Part shown: positions 22,120 to 35,427 of the stretch, one piece after another | How the letters are laid out: each line of letters starts with the position of its first letter | Numbering within the stretch: the stretch's first letter is position 1 | From: Escherichia coli O157 typing phage 13 | Sequence record: KP869111 | Length of the DNA: 64,000 nt | Direction: 5' to 3' (one strand) | Notes under the pieces: generated by a model | The model's input: the letters and a program-made list of their open reading frames with translations, nothing else | What the model was told of the DNA's origin: nothing | The model's database searches: none | Position numbers and translations under genes: made by a program

Positions 22120-23046
22120 ATGTCAGGTTATAATGCACAAAACCCTAAAGAATTAAAGGATGTAATATTACGTCGTTTAGGCGCTCCTATTGTAAATGTT
22201 GAATTAACTACGGACCAAATTTATGATTGTATTTCACGAGCGTTAGAACTTTATGGCGAATACCATTTTGACGGGTTGAATAAAGGTTTCCATGTATTTT
22301 TTGTTGATGACGAAGAAAAATACCGTCACGGCGTATTTGATATGCGTGGTTCTAATGTATTTGCCGTAACAAGAATTATAAGAACAAATGTTGGCTCTAT
22401 TACTTCAATGGATGGTAATGCAACTTATCCATGGTTCACCGATTTCCTTTTAGGAATGGCTGGTGTTTCAGGTGGTATGGGTAGTAATTGTGGTAAATTC
22501 TACGGTCCGAACGCTTTTGGCGCTGACCTCGGGTATTATTCTCAATTAGTATCTTATATGGGTATGCTTCAAGATATGATTGCTCCTCTTCCAGATTTTT
22601 GGTTTAACTCTGCAAACGAGCAATTAAAAGTAATGGGTAACTTTAGACAAAAAGATGTCATTATCGTTGAATCGTATGTTCGCTCTTATATCGAGACCCA
22701 TAAGATGGTAGGAAATACAGTAGGGTACGGACAGGTCGGTCCTCGTGATTCATGGTCTATTTCTGAACGTTATGATAATCCAGACCATAATTTGGTCGGA
22801 CGTCGAGTTGGTGAAGATCCTGCAACTAAACAAGGCGCATATAACAACCGCTGGGTTAAAGATTATGCAACTGCATTAGCTAAAGAGCTTAATGGACAAA
22901 TTCTTGCTAAACATCAAGGTATGATGTTACCGGGTGGCGTCACTGTTGATGGTGTTCGATTAATTGAAGAAGCTCGTTTAGAGAAAGAAGCTTTACGAGA
23001 AGAGTTATATTTACTGGACCCTCCTGCAGGTATTTTGGTAGGTTAA
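22120..23046 (+). CDS. 13: gp13 neck protein
   Basis: 308 aa; synteny. Confidence 0.9.
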   Translation: MSGYNAQNPKELKDVILRRLGAPIVNVELTTDQIYDCISRALELYGEYHFDGLNKGFHVFFVDDEEKYRHGVFDMRGSNVFAVTRIIRTNVGSITSMDGNATYPWFTDFLLGMAGVSGGMGSNCGKFYGPNAFGADLGYYSQLVSYMGMLQDMIAPLPDFWFNSANEQLKVMGNFRQKDVIIVESYVRSYIETHKMVGNTVGYGQVGPRDSWSISERYDNPDHNLVGRRVGEDPATKQGAYNNRWVKDYATALAKELNGQILAKHQGMMLPGGVTVDGVRLIEEARLEKEALREELYLLDPPAGILVG

Positions 23047-23047
23047 T

Positions 23048-23812
23048 ATGGCAACTTATGATAAAAATCTTTTCGCCAAACTAGAAAATCGTGGTGGGTA
23101 TTCTAAAACTAATGAAACCGAGATTTTAAACAAATATGTGAATTTTAATAATTACGAGAATAGTCAGACATTAGCTGATGTTCTAGTGGCAGAAAGCATA
23201 CAGATGCGCGGTATTGAATGTTTTTATGTTCCACGTGAATATGTTGCCGTGGACCTTATCTTTGGTGAGGACCTTAAAAATAAATTTACTAAAGCATGGA
23301 AATTTGCTGCATATCTGAACTCTTTTGAAGGTTATGAAGGAGCGAAATCGTTCTTCAGCAACTTCGGAATGCAAGTTCAAGACGAAGTTACATTATCTAT
23401 TAACCCAGGTCTTTTCAAACACCAGGTCAACAATCAGGAGCCCAAGGAAGGTGATTTAATATACTTCCCAATGGACAACAGTTTGTTTGAGATTAACTGG
23501 GTTGAACCATATGACCCATTCTATCAAGTAGGTAAAAATGCGATTCGTAAAATTACTGCAGGCAAGTTTATTTACTCTGGCGAAGAAATCAATCCGGTGC
23601 TTCAGAAAAATGAAGGTATCAATATACCTGAATTTAGTGACTTGGAACTTAACCCTGTTAGAAATCTTGACGGTATCCATGACATTAATATCGATGAATA
23701 TTCTGAAGTTGAGCAAATCAATTCAGAGGCAAGTGAATACGTTGAGCCGTATGTAGTAGTTAACAACCGTGGTAGACAAAATTCACCATTTGACGATGGG
23801 TTTATGAATTAA
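23048..23812 (+). CDS. 14: gp14 neck protein
   Basis: 254 aa; synteny. Confidence 0.9.
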   Translation: MATYDKNLFAKLENRGGYSKTNETEILNKYVNFNNYENSQTLADVLVAESIQMRGIECFYVPREYVAVDLIFGEDLKNKFTKAWKFAAYLNSFEGYEGAKSFFSNFGMQVQDEVTLSINPGLFKHQVNNQEPKEGDLIYFPMDNSLFEINWVEPYDPFYQVGKNAIRKITAGKFIYSGEEINPVLQKNEGINIPEFSDLELNPVRNLDGIHDINIDEYSEVEQINSEASEYVEPYVVVNNRGRQNSPFDDGFMN

Positions 23813-23835
23813 TAAATAGATAAGATAAAGCAAAC

Positions 23836-23853
23836 ACCGGTCGAAAGGCCGGT
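23836..23853 (+). promoter_or_regulatory. stem-loop ACCGGUC-GAAA-GGCCGGU in gp14/gp15 intergenic region, just upstream of the gp15 RBS
   Basis: 7-bp stem with GNRA loop; no U-tract. Confidence 0.4.
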
Positions 23854-23861
23854 TAGGAGAA

Positions 23862-24686
23862 ATGATGTTTGGTTATTTTTACAACTCGTCGTTCAGGCGA
23901 TATATCACAATGATGGGCGATTTGTTTTCAAATATCCAAGTTAACCGTCAATTGTCTACAGGCAATAAATTAATTAGAGTTCCTATCACGTATGCATCTA
24001 AAGAGCACTTTATGATGAAACTTAATAAATGGACCTCTATAAACTCACAAGAAGATGTGGCTAAAGTCGAAACTATCCTACCACGTATAAATCTCCAAAT
24101 GGTAGATTTCGTTTATAACCCGACGTTTAAAACGAATATATTGAATAACTCTCTTTTGAGTAAATCGACTAAGGATATTGTAGACCAATACAACCCATCA
24201 CCAATTAAAATGATTTTTGAACTGAGCATCTTTACTCGTTATGAAGATGATATGTTCCAAATCGTTGAGCAAATTATTCCATATTTTCAGCCACATTTTA
24301 ATACGACTATGATTGAGCAATATGGGCAGGATATTCCATTTGAAAGGGATATTAAGGTCGTATGGATGGCTGCGGCAATGGATGAACAAATAGATGGTGA
24401 TAATTTATCCCGTAGACGTTTAGAGTGGTCATTAACATTTGAAGTAAATGGATGGATGTATCCTCCGGTAGGCGCAGCAGAAGGTCTTATTAAAACGACT
24501 TATCTTGATTTTCATGCTAATGAACGAGACCTTCAAACAGCCGAAAGCGTTTTTGAATCAGTTGATACAGAAATTAAACCGAGAGACGTTGAAGTACAAG
24601 ATTGGAATGGTGAAGTTGAACAAACTTATACTCATGATATTCCAATTCCGACTCCACCAACCCCTCCTGGTCCTAGAAAACAATAA
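23862..24686 (+). CDS. 15: gp15 tail sheath stabilizer / tail terminator
   Basis: 274 aa; synteny. Confidence 0.9.
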   Translation: MMFGYFYNSSFRRYITMMGDLFSNIQVNRQLSTGNKLIRVPITYASKEHFMMKLNKWTSINSQEDVAKVETILPRINLQMVDFVYNPTFKTNILNNSLLSKSTKDIVDQYNPSPIKMIFELSIFTRYEDDMFQIVEQIIPYFQPHFNTTMIEQYGQDIPFERDIKVVWMAAAMDEQIDGDNLSRRRLEWSLTFEVNGWMYPPVGAAEGLIKTTYLDFHANERDLQTAESVFESVDTEIKPRDVEVQDWNGEVEQTYTHDIPIPTPPTPPGPRKQ

Positions 24687-27012
<2,326 letters not shown>

Positions 27013-27039
27013 AAATAAAGCAAATTAAGAGGAATTAAA

Positions 27040-29022
27040 ATGTCACTTCTCTCTCCGGGCGTTGAGCTCAAAGAAACTACCGTACAGAGTACTGTAGTTA
27101 ATAACTCCACTGGTACTGCTGCCCTGGCTGGAAAATTCCAATGGGGCCCTGCATTCCAGATTAAACAAATCACTGATGAAGTTGCATTAGTTGATATGTT
27201 TGGTACTCCTAATACGGATACAGCAGATTATTTCATGTCTGCTATGAACTTCCTTCAATATGGTAATGACCTTCGTGTTGTACGCGCAGTTGACCGTGAT
27301 ACTGCTAAGAACTCATCTCCTGTAGCAGGCAATATTGAATTCACAATCTCTGCTGCTGGTAGTAACTATGCAGTTGGTGATAAAATTATCGTTAAGTATT
27401 TGACCGAAACTGTTGAAGCAGATGGTTATGTCACTTCGGTTGATGTCGATGGTAAAATTCTTAACATTTATATCCCAACCGGTAAAATTATTGCTCGTGC
27501 AAAAGAAATTAATGAATATCCGGCATTGGGTTCTAACTGGACCGCCGAAGTTGCCAGTTCTTCTTCTGGACTTTCTGGCGTTATTACAATTGGTTCTATC
27601 GTAACCGATTCGGGTATTCTGTTAACTGAAGTTGAAACTTCTGAAGAAGCTATTACTTCTCTAACTTTCCAAGAATCTATTAAAAAATATGGTGTCCCAG
27701 GCGTAGTTGCTCTTTATCCTGGTGAACTTGGCGACCAGCTCGAAATTGAAATCGTATCTAAAGCAGACTACGACAAAGGTGCTTCAGCCCAGTTAAAAAT
27801 TTATCCTGATGGTGGTACTCGCGCATCTACTGCTAAAGCAATCTTTGGGTATGGCCCACAAACTGATGACCAATATGCAATTATAGTTCGTCGTAACGAT
27901 GCTGTAGTTCAGAGCGTAGTTCTTTCTACTAAACGTGGTGAACGCGATATTTATGGTAGTAATATCTTTATTGATGATTTCTTTGCTAAAGGTGCAAGCA
28001 ATTATATTTTCGCTACTGCACAAGGTTGGCCAAAAGGTTTCTCTGGCGTAATCAAACTGGGTGGTGGCTTATCATCTAATGAAACGGTTGACGCTGGTGA
28101 TTTAATGGAAGCTTGGGATTTGTTTGCTGACCGCGAATCTGTTAATGCGCAGTTGTTTATTGCCGGTTCTTGTGCAGGTGAATCTTTAGAAGTTGCTTCT
28201 ACAGTTCAGAAACATGTTGTAGCAATTGGTGATTCTCGCCAAGATTGCTTGGTTCTTTGCTCACCACCACGTTCAACTATAGTCGGTATTCCTGTTAATC
28301 GTGCAGTTGATAATCTGGTTGATTGGCGTACTGCATCAGGAACTTACACTGATAATAACTTTAATGTAAGTTCTACTTATGCTGCTATTGACGGTAACTA
28401 TAAATATCAATATGACAAATATAATGACGTGAATCGTTGGGTTCCGTTAGCTGCTGATATTGCAGGTCTTTGTGCCCGTACAGACAATATTTCTCAGCCT
28501 TGGATGTCTCCGGCCGGTTATAACCGTGGACAAATTCTTAACGTTATTAAGCTTGCAATTGAAACTCGTCAACCACAACGTGATCGTTTGTATCAGGAAG
28601 CTATTAACCCTGTTACTGGTACCGGCGGTGACGGATATGTTCTGTATGGTGATAAAACTGCCACTTCCGTTCCTTCACCATTTGACCGTATTAACGTTCG
28701 TCGTTTGTTCAATATGGTTAAAACGAACATTGGTTCAGCATCTAAATATCGCCTGTTTGAATTGAACAACGCATTTACCCGTTCTTCTTTCCGTACAGAG
28801 ACTTCTCAATATCTACAGGGTATTAAAGCTCTCGGTGGTGTATATAACTTTAAAGTTGTTTGTGATACTACCAATAACACCCCAGCAGTTATCGACCGTA
28901 ATGAATTTGTAGCTACTTTCTACTTACAACCTGCCCGCTCGATAAATTATATTACGTTGAACTTTGTAGCAACAGCAACTGGTGCCGATTTCGACGAACT
29001 GATTGGTGCTGTAGGTGGTTAA
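27040..29022 (+). CDS. 18: gp18 tail sheath protein
   Basis: 660 aa; synteny. Confidence 0.95.
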   Translation: MSLLSPGVELKETTVQSTVVNNSTGTAALAGKFQWGPAFQIKQITDEVALVDMFGTPNTDTADYFMSAMNFLQYGNDLRVVRAVDRDTAKNSSPVAGNIEFTISAAGSNYAVGDKIIVKYLTETVEADGYVTSVDVDGKILNIYIPTGKIIARAKEINEYPALGSNWTAEVASSSSGLSGVITIGSIVTDSGILLTEVETSEEAITSLTFQESIKKYGVPGVVALYPGELGDQLEIEIVSKADYDKGASAQLKIYPDGGTRASTAKAIFGYGPQTDDQYAIIVRRNDAVVQSVVLSTKRGERDIYGSNIFIDDFFAKGASNYIFATAQGWPKGFSGVIKLGGGLSSNETVDAGDLMEAWDLFADRESVNAQLFIAGSCAGESLEVASTVQKHVVAIGDSRQDCLVLCSPPRSTIVGIPVNRAVDNLVDWRTASGTYTDNNFNVSSTYAAIDGNYKYQYDKYNDVNRWVPLAADIAGLCARTDNISQPWMSPAGYNRGQILNVIKLAIETRQPQRDRLYQEAINPVTGTGGDGYVLYGDKTATSVPSPFDRINVRRLFNMVKTNIGSASKYRLFELNNAFTRSSFRTETSQYLQGIKALGGVYNFKVVCDTTNNTPAVIDRNEFVATFYLQPARSINYITLNFVATATGADFDELIGAVGG

Positions 29023-29035
29023 TAAGACGCCTGAT

Positions 29036-29053
29036 GGGCTATTTCGGTAGCCC
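29036..29053 (+). terminator. hairpin GGGCUAU-UUCG-GUAGCCC after gene 18 (no U-tract; abuts late promoter)
   Basis: 7-bp stem with UUCG loop. Confidence 0.45.
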
Positions 29054-29054
29054 A

Positions 29055-29062
29055 TATAAATA
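29055..29062 (+). promoter_or_regulatory. late promoter TATAAATA upstream of gene 19
   Basis: Exact motif in 18/19 intergenic region. Confidence 0.65.
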
Positions 29063-29134
29063 TACTATATCGTTTAAAAATTAATTCTATGGGCATCAGG
29101 TTAATCCTAAGCCCATATTACTACAGAGGCTAAT

Positions 29135-29626
29135 ATGTTTGTAGATGACGTAACTCGTGCCTTCGAATCTGGTGATTTCGCTCGCCCTAACCTGTTCGAA
29201 GTAGAAATCTCTTATCTTGGGCAAAACTTTAGCTTCCAGTGTCGTGCTACGGCTCTTCCTGCTGCGATCGTTGAAAAGGTTCCTGTTTCTTATATGAACC
29301 GTAAAATTAATGTGGCTGGTGACCGTACATTCGATGATTGGACTATTACAGTAATGAACGACGATGCTCATAGCATTCGTCAGAAATTTGTTGATTGGCA
29401 AGGTATTGCAGCAGGACAAGGTAATGAAATTACCGGTGGTAAACCTGCTGAATATAAAAAGACTGCTATCGTTCGTCAATTTGCTCGTGATGCTAAAACG
29501 GTCACTAAAGAAGTTGAAATTGTCGGCTTGTGGCCTACTAACGTTGGTGAAGTATCTCTTGACTGGGACAGTAATAACGAGATTGAAACGTTCGAAGTAA
29601 CTCTTGCTCTTGATTGGTGGGAATAA
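29135..29626 (+). CDS. 19: gp19 tail tube protein
   Basis: 163 aa; synteny. Confidence 0.95.
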   Translation: MFVDDVTRAFESGDFARPNLFEVEISYLGQNFSFQCRATALPAAIVEKVPVSYMNRKINVAGDRTFDDWTITVMNDDAHSIRQKFVDWQGIAAGQGNEITGGKPAEYKKTAIVRQFARDAKTVTKEVEIVGLWPTNVGEVSLDWDSNNEIETFEVTLALDWWE

Positions 29627-29674
29627 TCTGGTTGGGGAGAAATCCCCAGCTTCCCGTGATGACGGAGAAGTCCA

Positions 29675-29682
29675 TATAAATA
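29675..29682 (+). promoter_or_regulatory. late promoter TATAAATA upstream of gene 20
   Basis: Exact motif in 19/20 intergenic region. Confidence 0.65.
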
Positions 29683-29710
29683 TAACTATAATTCCCATTC
29701 GGAGAATACA

Positions 29711-31282
29711 ATGAAATTTAATATCTTAAGTTTGTTTGCTCCATGGGCAAAAATGGACGAACGTGATTACAAAGACCAAGAAAAAGAAAATTTAGAATCG
29801 ATCACCGCACCAAAATTAGACGACGGCGCTAAAGAATACGAAGTATCTGAAAATGAAGCACAGCAAACATATAATGCTATGTTTCAGAGAATGTTCGGTA
29901 GCCAAGAACCAGGGCTCAAATCAACGCGTGAATTAATCGATACGTATCGAAATTTGATGACGAACTATGAAGTGGATAATGCAGTCTCTGAAATAGTTTC
30001 CGATGCTATCGTATATGAAGATGATACAGAAGTCGTTTCTATAAATTTAGACAACACAAAATTTAGTCCAAATATCAAATCAATGATGTTGGATGAATTT
30101 AACGAAGTGTTAAATCATTTATCTTTCCAACGTAAAGGTTCAGACCATTTTAGACGTTGGTACGTAGATTCTCGAATTTTCTTCCATAAAATTATTGACC
30201 CTAAACGCCCTAAAGAAGGTATTAAAGAGCTTCGTCGTTTAGACCCACGTCAAGTTCAATATGTCCGTGAAGTTATTACAACCACTGAAGCTGGTGTTAA
30301 AATAGTCAAGGGTTATAAAGAATATTTCATTTATGACACATCACACGAATCTTATGCTTGTGATGGTCGCATATATGAAGCTGGCACAAAAATAAAAATC
30401 CCTAAAGCCGCGATTGTTTATGCCCATTCTGGTTTAGTTGATTGTTGTGGTAAAAATATCATTGGTTATTTGCATCGGGCTATTAAGCCGGCGAACCAAT
30501 TAAAACTTCTTGAAGATGCAGTCGTAATTTATCGTATTACTCGTGCTCCCGATCGTCGTGTATGGTACGTTGATACAGGTAATATGCCTTCAAGAAAAGC
30601 AGCAGAACATATGCAACATGTTATGAATACGATGAAAAACCGTATTGCATATGATGCTACTACAGGCAAGATTAAAAACCAGCAGCATATTATGTCGATG
30701 ACCGAAGATTATTGGTTACAACGACGTGATGGTAAAGCAGTAACAGAAGTTGATACATTACCAGGTGCAGATAATACCGGAAATATGGAAGATGTACGTT
30801 GGTTCCGTAATGCGCTTTATATGGCTTTACGTATTCCTATTACCCGTATTCCAAGTGACCAAGGTGGTATACAGTTTGATGCTGGTACTTCTATTACACG
30901 AGATGAATTATCATTTGGTAAATTTATTCGTGAGCTGCAACATAAATTTGAAGAGATATTCCTAGACCCGCTTAAAACTAATTTAATTCTTAAAGGAATT
31001 ATTACAGAAGATGAGTGGAATGATGAAATAAATAATATTAAGATAAAATTTCATCGGGATAGTTATTTCTCGGAATTAAAGGATGCTGAGATTCTGGAGC
31101 GTCGCATTAATATGCTTCAGATGGCCGAACCATTTATTGGTAAATATATTTCTCACAGAACAGCTATGAAAGATATTCTTCAGATGTCTGACGAGGAAAT
31201 TGAACAAGAGGCTAAGCAAATTGAAGAAGAGTCGAAAGAGGCTCGTTTCCAAGACCCCGACCAAGAACAAGAGGATTTTTAA
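29711..31282 (+). CDS. 20: gp20 portal vertex protein
   Basis: 523 aa; synteny. Confidence 0.95.
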   Translation: MKFNILSLFAPWAKMDERDYKDQEKENLESITAPKLDDGAKEYEVSENEAQQTYNAMFQRMFGSQEPGLKSTRELIDTYRNLMTNYEVDNAVSEIVSDAIVYEDDTEVVSINLDNTKFSPNIKSMMLDEFNEVLNHLSFQRKGSDHFRRWYVDSRIFFHKIIDPKRPKEGIKELRRLDPRQVQYVREVITTTEAGVKIVKGYKEYFIYDTSHESYACDGRIYEAGTKIKIPKAAIVYAHSGLVDCCGKNIIGYLHRAIKPANQLKLLEDAVVIYRITRAPDRRVWYVDTGNMPSRKAAEHMQHVMNTMKNRIAYDATTGKIKNQQHIMSMTEDYWLQRRDGKAVTEVDTLPGADNTGNMEDVRWFRNALYMALRIPITRIPSDQGGIQFDAGTSITRDELSFGKFIRELQHKFEEIFLDPLKTNLILKGIITEDEWNDEINNIKIKFHRDSYFSELKDAEILERRINMLQMAEPFIGKYISHRTAMKDILQMSDEEIEQEAKQIEEESKEARFQDPDQEQEDF

Positions 31283-31512
31283 TGGACGATTTAATTCAAG
31301 CTATTAAATCAAACGACCTCGTTGCTACTCGAAAGTTTTTTGAAAGTGCAATGGCAGAAAAAACGGTTCGTTTGATTGAAGCACGCAAAGCAGAAATCGC
31401 TTCTCAATTTTTGATTGAAGGCGAAGAACCTGAAGAAGAAAAGAAAGCTTCGGAAGACGACGCTGATGAAGGCGATGACGACGAAGACGAAGATGATGAG
31501 GACGATGAATAA
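31282..31512 (+). CDS. 67: gp67 prohead core protein
   Basis: 76 aa with poly-acidic C-terminus. Confidence 0.8.
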   Translation: MDDLIQAIKSNDLVATRKFFESAMAEKTVRLIEARKAEIASQFLIEGEEPEEEKKASEDDADEGDDDEDEDDEDDE

Positions 31513-31937
31513 TGTATCTTATCCCTGAATCTTATGAATTGGTACTCGAAAATGTCGAAGCACTTATTCCTGAAGCACAGGGCCGAATCGATGCATTGTC
31601 TTCTGCTCTCGATATTGACGATATAAATACTATTATCGAGAACATGCTTGAAACTGAAACGGATTTAGCTGTTGCAATGGCTTCCATTATTAATGAAGAA
31701 CAGTTAAACGAGTTTATCGTTAAACATGTTTCTTCTCGTGGTGAAGTCACCCGCACTAAAGACCGTAAAACTCGTGAACGTAACGCGTTCCAAACAACCG
31801 GTCTTTCTAAAGCAAAACGTAGACAAATCGCTCGTAAGGTCGTTAAAGCTAAAAAAGCTAACCCTTCAGGCCAAGTTAAAGGCTTGCGTAAGCGTAAAAA
31901 AGCTCTTAAACGTCGTAAAGCATTAGGATTAAGCTAA
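31512..31937 (+). CDS. 68: gp68 prohead core protein
   Basis: 141 aa, basic C-terminus; synteny. Confidence 0.8.
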   Translation: MYLIPESYELVLENVEALIPEAQGRIDALSSALDIDDINTIIENMLETETDLAVAMASIINEEQLNEFIVKHVSSRGEVTRTKDRKTRERNAFQTTGLSKAKRRQIARKVVKAKKANPSGQVKGLRKRKKALKRRKALGLS

Positions 31938-32578
31938 TGAATAAACCCGAGTTACTTATTGAAACTTGGGGTCAACCCGGTGAGATTATTGATGGCGTTC
32001 CAATGTTGGAATCTCATGATGGAAAAGATTCTGGCTTAAAACCAGGGCTTTATATAGAAGGTATTTTTCTTCAGGCAGAGGTTGTTAACCGAAATAAACG
32101 TTTATATCCTAAACGTGTTTTGGAAAAAGCCGTAAGCGACTATATTAAAGAACAAGTCGCAACCAAACAAGCCCTTGGAGAATTAAATCATCCACCTCGT
32201 GCAAATGTTGACCCTATGCAAGCCGCTATCATTATTGAAGATATGTGGTGGAAAGGAAACGATGTATATGGACGTGCTAGAATTATTGAAGGCGACCATG
32301 GTCCCGGCGATAAATTAGCTGCTAATATACGAGCTGGTTGGATTCCAGGTGTTTCCTCTCGTGGTCTTGGTTCTTTAACCGACACCAATAAAGGGTACCG
32401 TATCGTGAACGAAGGATTTAAATTAACCGTCGGTGTAGATGCCGTATGGGGTCCTTCTGCTCCAGATGCTTGGGTTACTCCTAAACAAATATCAGAATCA
32501 GAAAATTCGGTGGAAATCACCAAAAACAGTGCTGATGAAGCATTTAAAGCTCTCGCAGAGAGTTTAAAAGCATTATAA
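31937..32578 (+). CDS. 21: gp21 prohead protease
   Basis: 213 aa; synteny. Confidence 0.9.
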   Translation: MNKPELLIETWGQPGEIIDGVPMLESHDGKDSGLKPGLYIEGIFLQAEVVNRNKRLYPKRVLEKAVSDYIKEQVATKQALGELNHPPRANVDPMQAAIIIEDMWWKGNDVYGRARIIEGDHGPGDKLAANIRAGWIPGVSSRGLGSLTDTNKGYRIVNEGFKLTVGVDAVWGPSAPDAWVTPKQISESENSVEITKNSADEAFKALAESLKAL

Positions 32579-32611
32579 ATAATAATGTAATCTAAACCAC
32601 AGGACACTAAA

Positions 32612-33424
32612 ATGATCAAAGAACAACTTTTGAAAGAAGCTCAGAACATCGAGACTTCAGTTGCTCTTAATAGTGTTTTCGAATCAGTAGAACTGTCTCC
32701 GGACGTTAAAGCTAATTTCAGCACTGTATTCGAAGCCACCGTTAAGCAGGAAGCAGTCAAACTGGCTGAATCTCATATCAAAGCCATCGCCGAAAAGGCC
32801 GAAGAAGAAGTTGAAAAGGCTAAAGAAGATGCTGAAGAGAAAGCTGATAAAAAATTGGCTGAACAAGCTTCTAAATTCCTAGACCATCTTGCAAAAGAAT
32901 GGCTCGCAGAAAACCAAATCGCAGTTGATAAAGGCATTAAAGCTGATTTGTTCGAATCCATGCTTGGTGGTCTGAAAGAACTGTTTGTTGAACATAACGT
33001 TGTTGTTCCAGAAGAATCTGTAGATGTTGTAGCAGAAATGGAAGAAGAGCTGGCCGAACATAAAGAAGAAACCGCTCGTTTGTTCGAAGAAGTTACCAAA
33101 CGTGATGCATATATCAATTACGTTCAGCGTGAAACCGCTATTAATGAAAGCGTGAAAGACCTGACTGAATCTCAGAAAGAAAAAGTTATTGGCCTGGTTG
33201 AAGGTATGGATTATTCTGACGCATTTGGTACTAAGTTAACTGCTATTGTAGAAATGGTTAAAGGTTCTACTAAAGAAGAAGCCGCTATTACCGAAAGTAT
33301 AAATACAGTTGACAATGACGCTGCCGGTCTTAATTTTGTTGCCGAAGCAGTTGACACTACCACAACTCAGGTAGAACAGAATTCTAATGTAAGTTTATAT
33401 GCGAAAGTCGCATCTCGTTTCTAA
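32612..33424 (+). CDS. 22: gp22 prohead core scaffold protein
   Basis: 270 aa, highly acidic/helical; synteny. Confidence 0.9.
   Translation: MIKEQLLKEAQNIETSVALNSVFESVELSPDVKANFSTVFEATVKQEAVKLAESHIKAIAEKAEEEVEKAKEDAEEKADKKLAEQASKFLDHLAKEWLAENQIAVDKGIKADLFESMLGGLKELFVEHNVVVPEESVDVVAEMEEELAEHKEETARLFEEVTKRDAYINYVQRETAINESVKDLTESQKEKVIGLVEGMDYSDAFGTKLTAIVEMVKGSTKEEAAITESINTVDNDAAGLNFVAEAVDTTTTQVEQNSNVSLYAKVASRF
33298..33305 (+). promoter_or_regulatory. late promoter TATAAATA inside the 3' end of gene 22, upstream of gene 23
   Basis: Exact motif about 137 nt upstream of gp23 ATG, as expected for T4 P23. Confidence 0.5.
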
Positions 33425-33441
33425 TTTAAAGGTTAACACAA

Positions 33442-35004
33442 ATGACTACTATCAAAACTAAAGCTCAGCTCGTAGACAAATGGAAAGAACTGCTGGAAGG
33501 TGAAGGCCTGCCGGAAATCGCTAATAGCAAGCAGGCTATTATCGCTAAAATCTTCGAAAACCAGGAAAAAGATTTCGAAGTATCCCCTGAATATAAAGAC
33601 GAGAAAATCGCTCAGGCATTTGGTTCTTTCTTGACCGAAGCTGAAATTGGTGGTGACCATGGTTATAATGCTCAGAACATCGCAGCAGGTCAAACCTCTG
33701 GTGCAGTAACCCAAATTGGGCCAGCAGTTATGGGTATGGTTCGTCGTGCTATTCCTAATCTGATCGCTTTTGATATTTGTGGTGTTCAGCCTATGAACAG
33801 CCCTACCGGTCAGGTATTTGCTCTCCGTGCAGTATATGGTAAAGACCCTATCGCTGCTGACGCTAAAGAAGCTTTCCATCCGATGTATGCTCCAGATGCG
33901 ATGTTCTCTGGTCAGGGTGCTGCTAAGAAATTCCCAGCTCTGGCTGCTAGCACACAAACCACAGTAGGTGATATCTATACTCACTTCTTCCAGGAAACTG
34001 GTACTGTATATCTGCAAGCTTCTGTTCAAGTAACAATCGATGCGACCGATGCTGCTAAATTAGATGCCGAAGTTAAGAAACAAATGGAAGCTGGTGCACT
34101 GGTAGAAATCGCTGAAGGTATGGCTACTTCTATCGCTGAACTCCAGGAAGGTTTCAACGGTTCTACCGATAACCCATGGAATGAAATGGGCTTCCGTATC
34201 GATAAACAAGTTATTGAAGCTAAATCTCGCCAGCTGAAAGCTGCTTACTCTATCGAATTAGCACAAGACCTCCGTGCAGTACACGGTATGGATGCTGATG
34301 CTGAACTGAGCGGTATTCTGGCTACAGAAATTATGCTAGAAATCAACCGTGAAGTTGTTGATTGGATTAACTACTCAGCACAGGTTGGTAAATCTGGTAT
34401 GACCCTGACTCCGGGTTCTAAAGCTGGTGTATTTGACTTCCAGGACCCGATTGATATCCGTGGTGCTCGTTGGGCCGGTGAAAGCTTTAAATCTCTGTTG
34501 TTCCAGATTGATAAAGAAGCAGTTGAAATTGCTCGTCAAACCGGTCGTGGTGAAGGTAACTTCATTATCGCTTCCCGTAACGTAGTTAACGTACTGGCTT
34601 CAGTTGATACTGGTATTTCTTACGCTGCACAGGGTCTGGCTTCCGGTTTTAATACCGACACTACTAAGTCTGTATTTGCCGGTGTACTTGGTGGTAAATA
34701 CCGCGTATACATCGACCAGTATGCTAAACAGGATTATTTCACCGTTGGTTACAAAGGCGCTAACGAAATGGATGCAGGTATTTACTATGCTCCTTACGTT
34801 GCACTTACCCCACTGCGTGGTTCTGATCCTAAGAACTTCCAGCCGGTAATGGGCTTTAAAACTCGTTACGGTATCGGTGTTAACCCGTTTGCTGAAAGTT
34901 CCCTGCAGGCTCCAGGTGCTCGCATCCAGTCCGGTATGCCATCTATCCTGAACAGCCTTGGTAAGAACGCTTACTTCCGCCGTGTATATGTAAAAGGCAT
35001 CTAA
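33442..35004 (+). CDS. 23: gp23 major capsid protein
   Basis: 520 aa; near-identical to T4 gp23 as I recall it. Confidence 0.97.
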   Translation: MTTIKTKAQLVDKWKELLEGEGLPEIANSKQAIIAKIFENQEKDFEVSPEYKDEKIAQAFGSFLTEAEIGGDHGYNAQNIAAGQTSGAVTQIGPAVMGMVRRAIPNLIAFDICGVQPMNSPTGQVFALRAVYGKDPIAADAKEAFHPMYAPDAMFSGQGAAKKFPALAASTQTTVGDIYTHFFQETGTVYLQASVQVTIDATDAAKLDAEVKKQMEAGALVEIAEGMATSIAELQEGFNGSTDNPWNEMGFRIDKQVIEAKSRQLKAAYSIELAQDLRAVHGMDADAELSGILATEIMLEINREVVDWINYSAQVGKSGMTLTPGSKAGVFDFQDPIDIRGARWAGESFKSLLFQIDKEAVEIARQTGRGEGNFIIASRNVVNVLASVDTGISYAAQGLASGFNTDTTKSVFAGVLGGKYRVYIDQYAKQDYFTVGYKGANEMDAGIYYAPYVALTPLRGSDPKNFQPVMGFKTRYGIGVNPFAESSLQAPGARIQSGMPSILNSLGKNAYFRRVYVKGI

Positions 35005-35028
35005 TCTTAATTGATTAAATCTTATTTT

Positions 35029-35052
35029 GGGAGACTTCGGTCTCCCATTTTT
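35029..35052. terminator. bidirectional intrinsic terminator GGGAGAC-UUCG-GUCUCCC with flanking T/A runs
   Basis: Perfect 7-bp stem, UUCG loop; follows gp23 stop and minus-strand ORF stop. Confidence 0.75.
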
Positions 35053-35056
35053 GGTT

Positions 35057-35326
35057 TTATTTCTGTGCAATTTTGATGTAAGTTTTCAAAATATTTTGCC
35101 AATTAGGCATACCTTCTTGGACATATGCCGGAGAACCATCTTTGTTTTTGAATGATGCAAGTTTATCAGTGGCCCAATAACCTTTAGCTCGAGCTTCAGA
35201 ATCAACTTTCATCCATACTTTGTTGAAGGCATTACCATTAACTTTTGCACCATATTTTTCTACTAACTTAACTGCTTCAGCTTCCAGAACTTTTAAAGTA
35301 TCTCGTAAGAAACGTGCTTTAGTCAT
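35057..35326 (-). CDS. hypothetical early protein (89 aa) inserted between genes 23 and 24
   Basis: Own early promoter, GAGGAG RBS, ATG at 35326, terminator downstream. Confidence 0.7.
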   Translation of the reverse strand: MTKARFLRDTLKVLEAEAVKLVEKYGAKVNGNAFNKVWMKVDSEARAKGYWATDKLASFKNKDGSPAYVQEGMPNWQNILKTYIKIAQK

Positions 35327-35356
35327 TTTGTTTACTCCTCTGTAGTTGATAAGTCT

Positions 35357-35386
35357 ATAGTATCACATACCAAATACGTTGTAAAC
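35357..35386 (-). promoter_or_regulatory. T4-type early promoter (GTTTAC - 18 nt - TGTGATACTAT)
   Basis: Consensus-like elements upstream of the 89-aa minus-strand ORF. Confidence 0.6.
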
Positions 35387-35392
35387 AATCTT

Positions 35393-35400
35393 TATAAATA
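35393..35400 (+). promoter_or_regulatory. late promoter TATAAATA upstream of gene 24
   Basis: Exact motif 27 nt upstream of gp24 ATG. Confidence 0.65.
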
Positions 35401-35427
35401 ATCTATATCACATAAGGAAAAAATGCA

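Noticed and set aside
32773-33117. Antisense ORFs nested inside long genes (e.g. inside gene 22; also 46756..47055 in gene 29 and 1019..1264)
   Set aside because: Lie wholly within well-supported genes on the opposite strand, lack RBS/promoter context, and are expected by chance in AT-rich sequence.
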